A DNA stretch of 64,000 nucleotides. Origin: Planctomycetota bacterium. GTDB taxonomy: Bacteria > Planctomycetota > JAJSAM01 > JAJVHW01. The stretch is taken from contig CBDFJG010000002.1 of NCBI GenBank assembly GCA_965248445.1, forward strand, positions 704,001 to 768,000, read 5' to 3'. The notes under the pieces are model-generated. The model saw only the letters and a list, made by a program, of their open reading frames with translations. It searched no databases and was not told the origin of the DNA. A program made the position numbers and the translations under genes. Below are positions 29,261 through 38,832 of the stretch, one piece after another (the stretch's first letter is position 1; each line of letters starts with the position of its first letter).

Positions 29261-29785
29261 ATGAAGAGCCCAATCTGGAGAAGCCCAATCTGGAGCAGCA
29301 CTGGCCGGAGCAGCACTGGCCGACGTATCGCAGGCATCATCCCGCTGCTCGCCGTGGCCGCAGTGCTCGCGTTCTCGTTCGCACCGCGACACTCCGCGCA
29401 CGCCGACGGTGCGTCGTGCACGGCCGTTCTCGCCGGGATGGAGTCGGGGAAAAAGACGCCGGTCGAGATCCTCGTGATGAACCTGTCGCCGGGCACGGCG
29501 ACCCTCGACTTGCTCGTACGAGGTCCGGACGGCGCCGTGCTGCTGGATCAGGCGGGGTCGGTCGTCGTCACCGCGCGCGGCACGCGTTCGGTCTCGATCA
29601 GCGACCTGCTCGCCGAGGGCGTCAGGCCGAAGGACGTCTACAAGGGCCTCGTCTCCGTGGAACTGACGGGCGACGCTCCGTTCGGTGATGAGTTCTTCAT
29701 CGTTCACGCGACGCAGTATTTCGGGAAGCGCAAGAACCCGAAGGGTGCCGTGGTCTTCCGGGCGCTCTTCCTGACCGACGAGTAG
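29261..29785 (+). CDS. secreted beta-rich hypothetical protein, probable paralog of upstream gene
   Basis: Signal peptide; N.SP, V.A.Q and F.P/A motifs shared with upstream gene. Confidence 0.7.
   Translation: MKSPIWRSPIWSSTGRSSTGRRIAGIIPLLAVAAVLAFSFAPRHSAHADGASCTAVLAGMESGKKTPVEILVMNLSPGTATLDLLVRGPDGAVLLDQAGSVVVTARGTRSVSISDLLAEGVRPKDVYKGLVSVELTGDAPFGDEFFIVHATQYFGKRKNPKGAVVFRALFLTDE
29267..29322 (+). repeat. two back-to-back 15-nt-period tandem duplications
   Basis: AGCCCAATCTGGAG x2 then AGCACTGGCCG x2 (SPIWR SPIWS STGRS STGRR). Confidence 0.8.
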
Positions 29786-29896
29786 CAGGCTGCTGGCCGA
29801 CGCACAACCGGCTGCTCGTAGACGAAGGGCCGGCCGCCACGATCACGGGCGGCGATTCGCTACGCGCGCACCGATCCCTACGTCCGCACCGACTCC

Positions 29897-30469
29897 CTAC
29901 GCCCGCACGAGGATGAGAAACACCGTGCGGCCGAAGGTCTTCTCCCGCTCGACCGAGTAGCCGGTCGCGTTCGCAGGCGCGAAGTCGCCCTTCTCGCACT
30001 GCACGACGACGCAGCCGCCGCCGGCCAGCACGGGCTCTTCGCCCTCGAGCAGCCACGCGAGCAGCTTCGAGACGTCGGCCCGCCGCTCCTTGAAGTGCGG
30101 GTACGGCGGCGCTACGAAAACGAGGTCGTGCTCCGCCCCGACGGGTGGCCGTCGGTAGGAGTCCGAGGAGACCACGCGTACCGCGGCATCCGCACCGAGC
30201 ACGTCGTGCACGTTCTGCCGCAGCGTGCCGAGCGCGGCCCTTGCGCGCTCCACGACCACCGCGCGGTCGGCGCCGCGGGAGATCGCCTCCACCACGAACG
30301 CGCCCGTGCCGCCGAACAGGTCGAGGACGGCGGCGCCGGGGAGTCGAGGCGCCAGGATGGCGAACAGCGACTCGCGGTGAGCGTCCATCGACGGCCGGGT
30401 TCCCTTGCCGGGCACGGACCGCAGGCGCCGGCCGCCGTGCTCCCCTCCGGTGATCCTCAGTCCGCTCAC
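29897..30469 (-). CDS. rsmD: 16S rRNA m2G966 methyltransferase
   Basis: LRITGG..GGRRL, TRPS, RESLF, LDLFGGTG, PPY. Confidence 0.88.
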   Translation of the reverse strand: MSGLRITGGEHGGRRLRSVPGKGTRPSMDAHRESLFAILAPRLPGAAVLDLFGGTGAFVVEAISRGADRAVVVERARAALGTLRQNVHDVLGADAAVRVVSSDSYRRPPVGAEHDLVFVAPPYPHFKERRADVSKLLAWLLEGEEPVLAGGGCVVVQCEKGDFAPANATGYSVEREKTFGRTVFLILVRA

Positions 30470-30666
30470 GACGCGAGGTTGCGGGCAACTCCGGGACCAG
30501 TGAACTATTCGCCCTGCCCGGCAGGGGGTCTGGGTGCCGCTCTCTGCCGGCGGTATCCGCTCGGCGGCGGCTACCGATACTGATAGAGCTTCAAAGGAGG
30601 GTCGGCAGGCTGTGCCGGCGACGGATGAGCCTATATCTACTCGACCGCTCGAGGGACGCCCTGCGG

Positions 30667-30924
30667 ATGAACAGTGAGCAGGACCACGACCGGACCGGAG
30701 ATTCTCCGGAGTCGGCAGAGACCGAAGCGACCGAGCCCACGGTCCATGCGGAGTTCGCAGAAGGGGAAGACCTGGCCGGGATTCTCAAGATGCTGACCCG
30801 CTCGCCCGATGCAAGAGGTGACCTCGTAGACGACATCCGCGCGCAGCTGAGCGCGGGTTCGTACCTCTCCGAGGAGAGGCTCAACCTCGCGATCTACAAG
30901 CTCCTCAAGGACTTTCTGGACTGA
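30667..30924 (+). CDS. flgM: FlgM-like anti-sigma factor
   Basis: PDARGDLVDDIRAQLSAGSY...L..A..KLL C-terminal pattern. Confidence 0.6.
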   Translation: MNSEQDHDRTGDSPESAETEATEPTVHAEFAEGEDLAGILKMLTRSPDARGDLVDDIRAQLSAGSYLSEERLNLAIYKLLKDFLD

Positions 30925-30931
30925 TCCCACG

Positions 30932-32215
30932 ATGACTGGCGCCGGGCTGATTGGCATTGGTAACCGGCCCGATCGGCCGGGAGGCGGCAGCGCATCACGC
31001 CTCATCGCCGCCCTGCTGGCCGCGGTGCTCGTCTCTTCCGTCGCGCTGCCGGCGCGCGCGGGATGGTGGGACACCGCCGGCGGCGCGAAGGCCGCGACTC
31101 TGGAAGAGGTGCGAGCCACGCCTGACACGTGGCGTGACGTCCCCGTGGTTCTTCGCGTTCGCTTCGACGCTCTGGTCGAAGGCGTCAACCCGTTCTTCAC
31201 CCAGTTCACGGCCAAGGAGTGGCAGCCCATCGCGGTCCTGCCCCGCGGTGACAAGTCACCAGCGTCTCCCGTCCCGCGGATCGGTGAGACCACACAGGCG
31301 GCCCGCTTCAGCAAGGTGTTCGTCCGGCGCGGCGGCGCGGACGACCTGCGGCTCGCTCGACTGCGCCGCGGCCAGCCGCTGCTCGTGCGCGCCGTCGTGC
31401 GCGACACGACCGGCGGTGACCCGTGGCTCGAGGTTCTCTCGATCACGGCCGGCGGCGACGATCCGACGCCCGAGGAGAGCGCGACGATCCAGCAGGCCGA
31501 GCACTTCCTCTCGCGTGACAACCCCGGCGCCGCCGCGGTCCTGCTGAAGCAAGTCCTCGGCGGCCGCGAGTTGTCGACGGAACTCGAGCAACAGGTCCGC
31601 GGCCGTCTCGGCATCGCGCTCTACGAGATGCGACGGCACGACGAGGCGTTCCCGCACCTCGCCGCCGGGCTGCTCGCCGAACCGACCAACCGTGAGTTGC
31701 GCCGACGCGCTGCGGCAGTGGAAGACCACCTGGCAAGGGTCAAGTCCGGCGAGCGCGATCCGCTGAGCGCACGTGACCTCCCCGAGACGGCACGCCCGGC
31801 GAGGCCGGCGCCCGTGACACCGCCGCGAGACCCGTCGCTGGATGACGAGCCCGCGCCGCTGTCTCTCCCGGGCGCCCGTCCGCGTCTGGCGGGACCCGCG
31901 GGACTCGCCGCCCCGGTCACGCCGACGGGCGCCCCGCCGCAGCCCGCGACGGCCGGGGACGCTCCGACACGCCCTGCGGTGCGTCTGCCGCCCGCTCGCA
32001 AGCCTCTCGCCCCGCAGAAGGGACTCCCGCCCGCGCGGATCCCGGTGCAGCCATCGGTAGCCCCTGCGGTCCCGCCGACCGTCCGGCGTCCTCCGCCGCC
32101 GAAGCCTCCCGTCATCCTGCCCCCCGTCAAGACGGGTGACGAGAGCGAGGACGACGAGGAGGAGACCCCTCCGGCCCCCGTCCCCAAGCGCCCGCAACTC
32201 TCCGGCCCGCGCTAG
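30932..32215 (+). CDS. exported protein: OB-fold-like + TPR + Pro-rich tail
   Basis: Signal-like helix, LGIALY...EA..HL...L..EP TPR, Pro-rich C-terminus. Confidence 0.7.
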   Translation: MTGAGLIGIGNRPDRPGGGSASRLIAALLAAVLVSSVALPARAGWWDTAGGAKAATLEEVRATPDTWRDVPVVLRVRFDALVEGVNPFFTQFTAKEWQPIAVLPRGDKSPASPVPRIGETTQAARFSKVFVRRGGADDLRLARLRRGQPLLVRAVVRDTTGGDPWLEVLSITAGGDDPTPEESATIQQAEHFLSRDNPGAAAVLLKQVLGGRELSTELEQQVRGRLGIALYEMRRHDEAFPHLAAGLLAEPTNRELRRRAAAVEDHLARVKSGERDPLSARDLPETARPARPAPVTPPRDPSLDDEPAPLSLPGARPRLAGPAGLAAPVTPTGAPPQPATAGDAPTRPAVRLPPARKPLAPQKGLPPARIPVQPSVAPAVPPTVRRPPPPKPPVILPPVKTGDESEDDEEETPPAPVPKRPQLSGPR

Positions 32216-32328
32216 CCGACGCGCCCTTCTGGCACTCTCCCTTCGCCGGCGCTCCCTCCGACTGCGCTCCCTTCGTCTGGCAGGCCGACTTCTCCCGTGC
32301 GCTGATACCCTCCGCGTCGGAGGCCCCG

Positions 32329-32649
32329 ATGATCACGTTCGACGACTTCATGAAGGTCGATCTGCGCACTGCGGAGGTCGTGTCGGCCGAGAACCACCCC
32401 GACGCGGACCGGCTGCTCGTGCTGCGCATCAAGGTCGGCGACGAGGAGCGTCAGATCGTCGCCGGCATCCGCGAGCACTACGCGCCGGCGGAGCTGGTCG
32501 GCAAGACGATCGTGGTCGTCGCCAACCTAGAGCCGGTCAAGCTGCGCGGCGTCGAGAGCCAGGGGATGCTGCTCGCCGTGCGGGACAACGAAGCGGTGCG
32601 CGTCCTCACGCCGGACGCCCCCGCCGCCTCCGGACTTCGCGTCTCCTGA
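32329..32649 (+). CDS. stand-alone tRNA-binding domain (MetG C-terminal/Trbp111/CsaA family)
   Basis: ITFDDF.KVDLR, HPDADRL, RQIVAGI, NL.P.KLRGVESQGMLL. Confidence 0.9.
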   Translation: MITFDDFMKVDLRTAEVVSAENHPDADRLLVLRIKVGDEERQIVAGIREHYAPAELVGKTIVVVANLEPVKLRGVESQGMLLAVRDNEAVRVLTPDAPAASGLRVS

Positions 32650-32655
32650 CCCGCG

Positions 32656-34356
32656 ATGCTGCTCGAACTGCGCGTCCGCAACCTTGCGCTGATCGAGGAT
32701 GCGCGCGTGCGCTTCGCACCGGGCCTCAACGTGCTGACCGGGGAAACCGGCGCGGGAAAGAGCCTCATCCTCTCCGCGCTCGTGTTGCTTCTCGGCGGAC
32801 GCTGGTCGCGTGAGATGCTCCGCACCGGGGCGTCGTCCGCATCCGTGCGGGGCGTCTTCGAGATCTCCGACGACGACGTCGCCCGAGGCGTGTTCGCGGC
32901 GATCGACGAAGAACCGCCGCGGACACCGGTAGAGATCGTCGTCACACGCCGCGTGGATGCGTCGGGCCGCAATCGCTGCGAGGTCGCGGGCAACCTCGTC
33001 CCCGTTGCGACTCTCCGCGCGCTCGCCGAAGTGATCGCGGAGGTCCACGTACAGGGCGAGCACCGCGCGCTCCTCGATCCGTTGCGGCAGACCGCACTGC
33101 TGGATCGGGCCGCCGGGCTGGGCCCGCAGCGCGCCGCGTTCGCAAACGCACTCCACGCGTGGCGGGAAGTCCGCACCCGCCTCGAAGTGCTGCGCCGCGG
33201 CGGGAATGCGCGGGAACGGCGCCTGGATGAACTGCGTGCGATCGTCGCAGAGGTCGCCGCCGTCGCGCTCGAGCCCGGCGAAGCCGACGCCTTGCGGCGG
33301 GAACGCGAACTGCTGGCAGCAGCAGAGCGCCACGCGGGGTCGGTCGAGGCCGCGAAGCGCGGAGTCTCCGACGGCGACGCGCAGGGCGCGTCCGCGGAGG
33401 ACCGCGTCGGTGCCGCGCTCCGGTCGATCGAAGAGGCAGCGGAACTGTCTCCTCAGGTCGGGGCTGCCGCCGAGGCGCTGGAGCGCGCGGCGGATGCGAT
33501 TGCAGAAGCGGGCCGGCACCTGGACGACGCGTTGTCGCGGCTCGAAGCTGACCCCGAGCGCCTCGAGACCGTGCAGGACCGCATCGAGGCGATCGGCGCT
33601 GTGCTGCGGAGACACGGACCCACCGAGGAGGCCGCACTCGCGAAAGCGGCAGACGCCGCGGAGGAAGCTGCGTCCCTCGCGGGAGACGACCGCGACGCGT
33701 CGGAACTGGAGGCGGCGGTCGCCGACGCGGCGAACGCGGCGCTCGCTGCCGGTCGGGCGCTCGACGACGCGCGCGTCACGGCCGGGAGCGGGTTCGCCGC
33801 CGACGTGCGCGCGGCACTCGGCGAGCTCGACATGGCGCGTACGCGCTTCGAGGTCGCGCTGCCTTCCCGCGGCGACGCCCCCCTCGGCGCCGCATCGGAG
33901 ATCGGACTGGGCCCTATCGAGTTCGTGGCGTCGCCCAACCCGGGCGAGGAACTCAAGCCCCTCGCCCGGATCGCGTCCGGCGGCGAGTTGGCCCGCACCG
34001 CGCTTGCTATTCGCGGACGGCTCGCCGGCGCCGACGGTCTGGGGATCCTCGCGTTCGACGAGGTGGACGCCGACGTCGGACCGCGGCTCGGCGACGTCAT
34101 CGGCAGGCGGTTGGCGGCACTTGCTGCGGAGCGGCAGGTTCTCGCAGTCACCCACCTGCCGCAGGTCGCGGCGCACGGCGCGCACCACCTGCGGGTGCGC
34201 AAGACCGTCGAGGCGGGACGCACACACGTGGGGGTGGACGCGCTCGAAGGCGATGAACGAACGCTCGAGATCGCCGAGATGATCCGCGGCGCCGCGCGTG
34301 CCCACGAGGCGCTCGATCAGGCCCGCGCGATGCTCACCGAAGCGGCGTCGCGCTGA
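32656..34356 (+). CDS. recN: DNA repair protein RecN
   Basis: LTGETGAGKS, ASGGELAR, FDEVD, VTHLPQVAA. Confidence 0.96.
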   Translation: MLLELRVRNLALIEDARVRFAPGLNVLTGETGAGKSLILSALVLLLGGRWSREMLRTGASSASVRGVFEISDDDVARGVFAAIDEEPPRTPVEIVVTRRVDASGRNRCEVAGNLVPVATLRALAEVIAEVHVQGEHRALLDPLRQTALLDRAAGLGPQRAAFANALHAWREVRTRLEVLRRGGNARERRLDELRAIVAEVAAVALEPGEADALRRERELLAAAERHAGSVEAAKRGVSDGDAQGASAEDRVGAALRSIEEAAELSPQVGAAAEALERAADAIAEAGRHLDDALSRLEADPERLETVQDRIEAIGAVLRRHGPTEEAALAKAADAAEEAASLAGDDRDASELEAAVADAANAALAAGRALDDARVTAGSGFAADVRAALGELDMARTRFEVALPSRGDAPLGAASEIGLGPIEFVASPNPGEELKPLARIASGGELARTALAIRGRLAGADGLGILAFDEVDADVGPRLGDVIGRRLAALAAERQVLAVTHLPQVAAHGAHHLRVRKTVEAGRTHVGVDALEGDERTLEIAEMIRGAARAHEALDQARAMLTEAASR

Positions 34357-34468
34357 GCCTGCGCCAGCGATCCGATGGGCGGCACTTCCGTCGGCGAGCC
34401 GCGCCGGTCGATGTAGAACCGTGACGTCACAGAACTCTCATCTGAAGGCTCCCGCCGCTCCCGTCGTT

Positions 34469-35431
34469 ATGCCCGATCTCCCACACGCCGTGAAGTTGCT
34501 GCCCCGCTTCCTCCCGAAGCCGTGGGGCGGCCGGCGCATGGCGCAGGCGCTCGGGATGGAACTGCCGGGCCGCGACCCGATCGGCGAGTGCTGGCTCGTG
34601 CACGACCGGGACGGCCGATCCAGCGAGATTGCCGACGGCCCGCTCGCCGGGCGGACGATCGGCGAGTTCCGCGGCGACGACCCGTTCCCGCTGCTCGTGA
34701 AGATCCTCGACGCATCGCAGCCGCTGTCGGTGCAGGTACACCCCGGTCCGGAGGCCGCCGAGCGTCTCGGGGCGGAGCAGAAGAGCGAGTGCTGGTTCGT
34801 GCTCCACGCGGAGCTGGACGCCAAGGTGTACCGAGGCCTGCGGGACGGCGTGACGCGCGAAGACGTCGCGCGCGCCGCCGACGACGGGTCGTTCGCCGAC
34901 TTGCTGCACCCGGTCCCGGTCAGCGCGGGCGACACCATCTATGTTCCCGCCGGCACGGTCCACACGATCGGCGCCGGCGTGCTTCTCGCCGAGGTCCAGC
35001 AGAACAGCGACACGACCTATCGTCTCCACGACTGGGGGCGGGTCGGCCTCGCCGGCCGTCCGCGCGACCTGCACGTCGAGAGCGCGTTGGAGTCGATCGA
35101 GTTCGGACCCCGGGGCGAGGACACAATCCCGATGCAGCTGATCGAGGACGACGGCCCGGTCCGCCGCCTGCTGCTCGTCCGCTCGACTCACTTCACCGTC
35201 GAGCACGTCACGGCAATGGGCACGTTCACGCTGACGGCTCCCGCATCCGACGACGGAACGTGGCGGGTGCTGCACGTGCTCGCCGGCGCCGGCAACCTGC
35301 GCCCGTTCGACCGCAAATCCCCCGCGATCGAGTTCGCTACCGGCGAAACACTCCTCCTGCCATCGCGCTTCGAGGAGTACGAGGTCGAACTCGGCGCAAC
35401 GGTCCTGCGCGCAATGCTCTTCCGGCGTTAG
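34469..35431 (+). CDS. manA: type I mannose-6-phosphate isomerase
   Basis: FPLLVKILDA, LSVQVHP, KSECW, PAGTVH, EVQQNSDTTYR. Confidence 0.9.
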   Translation: MPDLPHAVKLLPRFLPKPWGGRRMAQALGMELPGRDPIGECWLVHDRDGRSSEIADGPLAGRTIGEFRGDDPFPLLVKILDASQPLSVQVHPGPEAAERLGAEQKSECWFVLHAELDAKVYRGLRDGVTREDVARAADDGSFADLLHPVPVSAGDTIYVPAGTVHTIGAGVLLAEVQQNSDTTYRLHDWGRVGLAGRPRDLHVESALESIEFGPRGEDTIPMQLIEDDGPVRRLLLVRSTHFTVEHVTAMGTFTLTAPASDDGTWRVLHVLAGAGNLRPFDRKSPAIEFATGETLLLPSRFEEYEVELGATVLRAMLFRR

Positions 35432-35625
35432 CCGAGCCGCGCACGGTCCACGTCACCTCACGAGCGCGGGCGGGCGCGGCGGCCCGCCCCCTGAGATCAT
35501 GGCGCCTTGGAGGCGCCACAGACCGAACGCCCGCGACGCGAGTCCGCGTGTCAGCGGACTCGGGGGCAAACGACGTAAACAACGTCGTTTGCAACGGGAG
35601 CAGCGCGAGCGGTGGAACGCGAACC

Positions 35626-36744
35626 CTACCGCCCGGTGCCGGTGACGACTCGCGGCGGCGCGTCCCAGACGATCAGCTTCCCTGGGTACACGTGATCGGT
35701 CACGGCCCAGACCTTGGCGCCGGTGCTATCTAGCGCGAATGCGTCGTGGCCCTCCGGGAAGGGCTCGAGCTCGCGAACGGTGGCCCCCGTGAGCGGGTCG
35801 AGGAAGACAGCGGAGCCGTGCTTGCCGACGAGCAGGCCGTTCCCGTTCGGAGCGAGCAAGAGACCGTTGTGGGCGTTGTTGCGCTCGAAGTTCCACAGCC
35901 ACCGTTGTTCTGCCACATCCCAGCCGCGCAACACGCACCGCCTGGGTGGCGCGGAGCGGCCGGAGCCGGAGACGTGAGCCCCGGCAGCGAACACGGTCTT
36001 TCCGTCATCGGCCACGGCCACGTAGCTCCACACCTGGACGGGCCGCTTCGCAAGCGCGTCGGCGTCGGCGGGCGGCGTGTCCACGAACGACGCCTCGAGG
36101 GACCATCCGGTCTTCTCCTCGCCGCGCGCGTAGACGTTCACTTGTGTCTTGTGCTCGGCCGAGCTGAGCACGAGGGCGAGCCGTTCACCCTCGGGCGAGA
36201 ACGCGATCGCGTGCGGGAACTTGCCGTCGCCGAACGAGATCTCCTGCGGCCTGGTCGGTCTCCGCAGGTTCACGATCTGCAGCATCCCCCCCCAGTGTGC
36301 GAGCGCGACCTCGGGGCGCATCGACGACGCGGCGAAGATCCTCACGCCGACGTGTGCGCTCCGGTCCTTCTTGTTCCATGTCGGCGCGAGCTTCGTCCGC
36401 AGAGCGCCCGTTGAGGTCGTCCAGACGCGGACGAAGTCGCGCTCGTGCCAGGACACGAGCAGCTTCCCGTCCGGTCCCGCAAACGCGATCCTCGGGGCAC
36501 CGATTGCGTCCTTGCCCGGGAGCTTGGTGAAGCGCAGGAACTTGCCGCGTCTCGGATCCGCGATACCGATGCCCATTCCCATCGCGAACGCGGCGACCTT
36601 CCCGTTTCCCGAGATCGCCAGGTCGGCGAACGAGTAGCCCTGCTTCGGTTCGAGGACGAGCCGCGGCTCCGGCCGCTTGCCGGCGGCGATCGCGGCGCCG
36701 ACGAGGGCGAGACCGAGGACCGCGGCGAGAACGGTGTTGCGCAC
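35626..36744 (-). CDS. secreted WD40/beta-propeller protein
   Basis: Signal peptide from GTG 36744; IAFSPEG, VRVW, IVWD repeats. Confidence 0.75.
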   Translation of the reverse strand: MRNTVLAAVLGLALVGAAIAAGKRPEPRLVLEPKQGYSFADLAISGNGKVAAFAMGMGIGIADPRRGKFLRFTKLPGKDAIGAPRIAFAGPDGKLLVSWHERDFVRVWTTSTGALRTKLAPTWNKKDRSAHVGVRIFAASSMRPEVALAHWGGMLQIVNLRRPTRPQEISFGDGKFPHAIAFSPEGERLALVLSSAEHKTQVNVYARGEEKTGWSLEASFVDTPPADADALAKRPVQVWSYVAVADDGKTVFAAGAHVSGSGRSAPPRRCVLRGWDVAEQRWLWNFERNNAHNGLLLAPNGNGLLVGKHGSAVFLDPLTGATVRELEPFPEGHDAFALDSTGAKVWAVTDHVYPGKLIVWDAPPRVVTGTGR

Positions 36745-36799
36745 GATCCAGAGGTTACCGGAAGCGGAGCTGCCCAACCGACGCGCGTGAAAGGCCGAC

Positions 36800-38173
36800 C
36801 TAGTCCAACCAGCCGGACTTGTTGATCTGGACCAGCCCGGCCTCGAGTTCGCCGGCCCGCATGCGCGCCAGTCCCTGACCGAGGGCAAGCAGCCGGTCGT
36901 CCGGATTGGCCTCCCGCGCGGACGTGTAGGCATCGAGCGCTGCGTCGACCTCGCCGTTCTCGAGCAGCGCCCACGCCAGGTGGCGCCTTGGCACAGTCGT
37001 CGCCGGCGCCTTCCCCACTGCGGCGAGCAGCAGTTCGACGGCCCGCTTACGCTGCCCGGAGAGCAGGAAGGCGGCACCGGCGTCCGCGAGCACGTCGGCC
37101 GGCGGATCCGTCTCCGCAGCGAGCAGTAGATCGTAGTGCTCGAGCGCCTCGGACAGGTCGTCCCGTACGTGCAGCAGGCGTGCGAGGCGCGTGCGCTTCG
37201 CGGCGTCGCTCGGCTCGTCGACGAGCTGGTCACGCAGCTCCCGGATGGCCTGGTCGCGTTCCCTTCCGGTCACGCGCATCGCCGGACGCGAACCCGTCAG
37301 CTGACGCCCCGAGTGGAGGGTAAGTACGCGTCTGAAGTGCGCGTCCGCCGCGTTGCGAGCGGCGTCGTCGCCCTGCTCGGCGGCGATGCTGAGCAGGCGA
37401 TACAGGTACACGTGATTGTGGATGTCGCCTCCGTTGAGGTCGACGGCGGTACGCATCGCGTCGATGGCCTCACTCAGCCGCGCTTGATCACGCGCATAGA
37501 TGAGATTGCCGAGCCGCAGCCATGCCGTGGCGCAACGCGGATCGCGTTCGGTCGCCTCGCGCTGCTTCGCCTCCGCTTCATCCAGCTTGCCGAGCGCCTG
37601 GAGCGCCAGCCCCAGTTCGCTCCGCCACATCGCTTCGCTCTGGCGCTGCTTCGAAGCCTGGCGCAACTCGCGCACGGCGTCCCGGAACCGACCCTGCCGG
37701 TAGAGGACGGTGCCGAGCAGGAAGCGCGCGTCCGCGTCGCCCTTCTCGATCTCGAGCCAGCCGCGATAGGTCGCCTCGGCCTCGCCCAGCTGACCGAGCC
37801 GATCGAGAGAGTCCGCGAGCCCGTGTCGCGGTGACGGGTCCCGCGGCGCAAACTCGACGGCCCGCCGCAGCACGACCACGGCTTCGTCGTGCTGGCCGAG
37901 TTCACGCAGCACGTGACCGAGGAGCACGTGCGCGTCGGCGTTCTTCGGATCGACGTCGACGACGCTGCGCAAGAGGGGTTCCGCATCCGTTTCGCCGCCT
38001 GCCGCGATCAGGCGACGCGCCGTCGCAAGATCCTCCGCGGCGCGCAGCACGTTCTCAGCGGGAACCACCAGTTCGGGCACTGCGTCATCCGAAATCTCCT
38101 CGGGAGAGCATCCGCCAGTGAACGCGAGCGTCATCGCGATGCACAAGACGGTCGAGCGGCAGCTTGCGCGCAT
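36800..38173 (-). CDS. TPR-repeat lipoprotein
   Basis: AFTGGC lipobox-like signal; multiple TPR motifs. Confidence 0.8.
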   Translation of the reverse strand: MRASCRSTVLCIAMTLAFTGGCSPEEISDDAVPELVVPAENVLRAAEDLATARRLIAAGGETDAEPLLRSVVDVDPKNADAHVLLGHVLRELGQHDEAVVVLRRAVEFAPRDPSPRHGLADSLDRLGQLGEAEATYRGWLEIEKGDADARFLLGTVLYRQGRFRDAVRELRQASKQRQSEAMWRSELGLALQALGKLDEAEAKQREATERDPRCATAWLRLGNLIYARDQARLSEAIDAMRTAVDLNGGDIHNHVYLYRLLSIAAEQGDDAARNAADAHFRRVLTLHSGRQLTGSRPAMRVTGRERDQAIRELRDQLVDEPSDAAKRTRLARLLHVRDDLSEALEHYDLLLAAETDPPADVLADAGAAFLLSGQRKRAVELLLAAVGKAPATTVPRRHLAWALLENGEVDAALDAYTSAREANPDDRLLALGQGLARMRAGELEAGLVQINKSGWLD

Positions 38174-38178
38174 CGGGT

Positions 38179-38832
38179 TCACTCTCTCTCGAGAACCAGT
38201 GCGAGGCGCGTGACGGCAACGCGATCGGCCGAGACGAGTCCCCCGCCGTCCACGTCGGCCGCGAAGTGGCGGAGCGATTCCTCGGTGTCGCCGCGGGCGG
38301 CGGTCAACGGCACGCTCTCGGCCCAGAGCACCTCGTCGCCACGCGCGAATCCACTGGCTGTCGGGAACGCGCGCACCTGCCGCCGGGTGGGCGTCCAGGT
38401 GTGCTCCACGTTCCGGAGGCGGCCGAGGACGTTCCAGTCGGCCCGCGCCGCCGCGTCGTCGGGCGCAACGGCCTGAACGAGGAGCGCGCGCCCGCCGCGG
38501 CCGAGTGCGTCGGCCACGGTGCGGAACGCCCATGCGGGGTCGAGCACGCGGTCCACGACGTCGATGAGGACGATCAGGGCCCAACCTCCGTCGTTGGCCG
38601 GCAGCGGTTGCGTCTCTCCGTCACGAAACGGCAATCCGTCGGCGCGCGACTGCCGCAGCAGGGTCGCGCCGGGGAACAGCGCAGCGATCCACTCGCAGTC
38701 GGGCGGAACGGAACCGTCGACGATGAGCACGTTGCCGTCCTCGCCGCTGAGCTGGCCGCCGAGAAGAGCCGCGAGATCCGGACGGTCCTCCGCGACGGGC
38801 TTCTGGAAGAGTGCGCGCAGCGCCTGGATCAC
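38179..38832 (-). CDS. hypothetical protein, degenerate class I methyltransferase-like fold
   Basis: GTGA overlap with nth stop; LPF, DP...F....AL..GG.ALLV; no GxGxG. Confidence 0.55.
   Translation of the reverse strand: MIQALRALFQKPVAEDRPDLAALLGGQLSGEDGNVLIVDGSVPPDCEWIAALFPGATLLRQSRADGLPFRDGETQPLPANDGGWALIVLIDVVDRVLDPAWAFRTVADALGRGGRALLVQAVAPDDAAARADWNVLGRLRNVEHTWTPTRRQVRAFPTASGFARGDEVLWAESVPLTAARGDTEESLRHFAADVDGGGLVSADRVAVTRLALVLERE

Noticed and set aside
32647..32658. tRNA-binding-domain TGA in frame with recN ATG
   Set aside because: Both proteins are complete at canonical lengths; being in frame is a one-in-three coincidence.
35566..35600. GCA AAC GAC GTA AAC resembles a tmRNA tag start (AND...)
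   Set aside because: No tRNA-like ends, no AA-stop tag terminus, and the region is too short.
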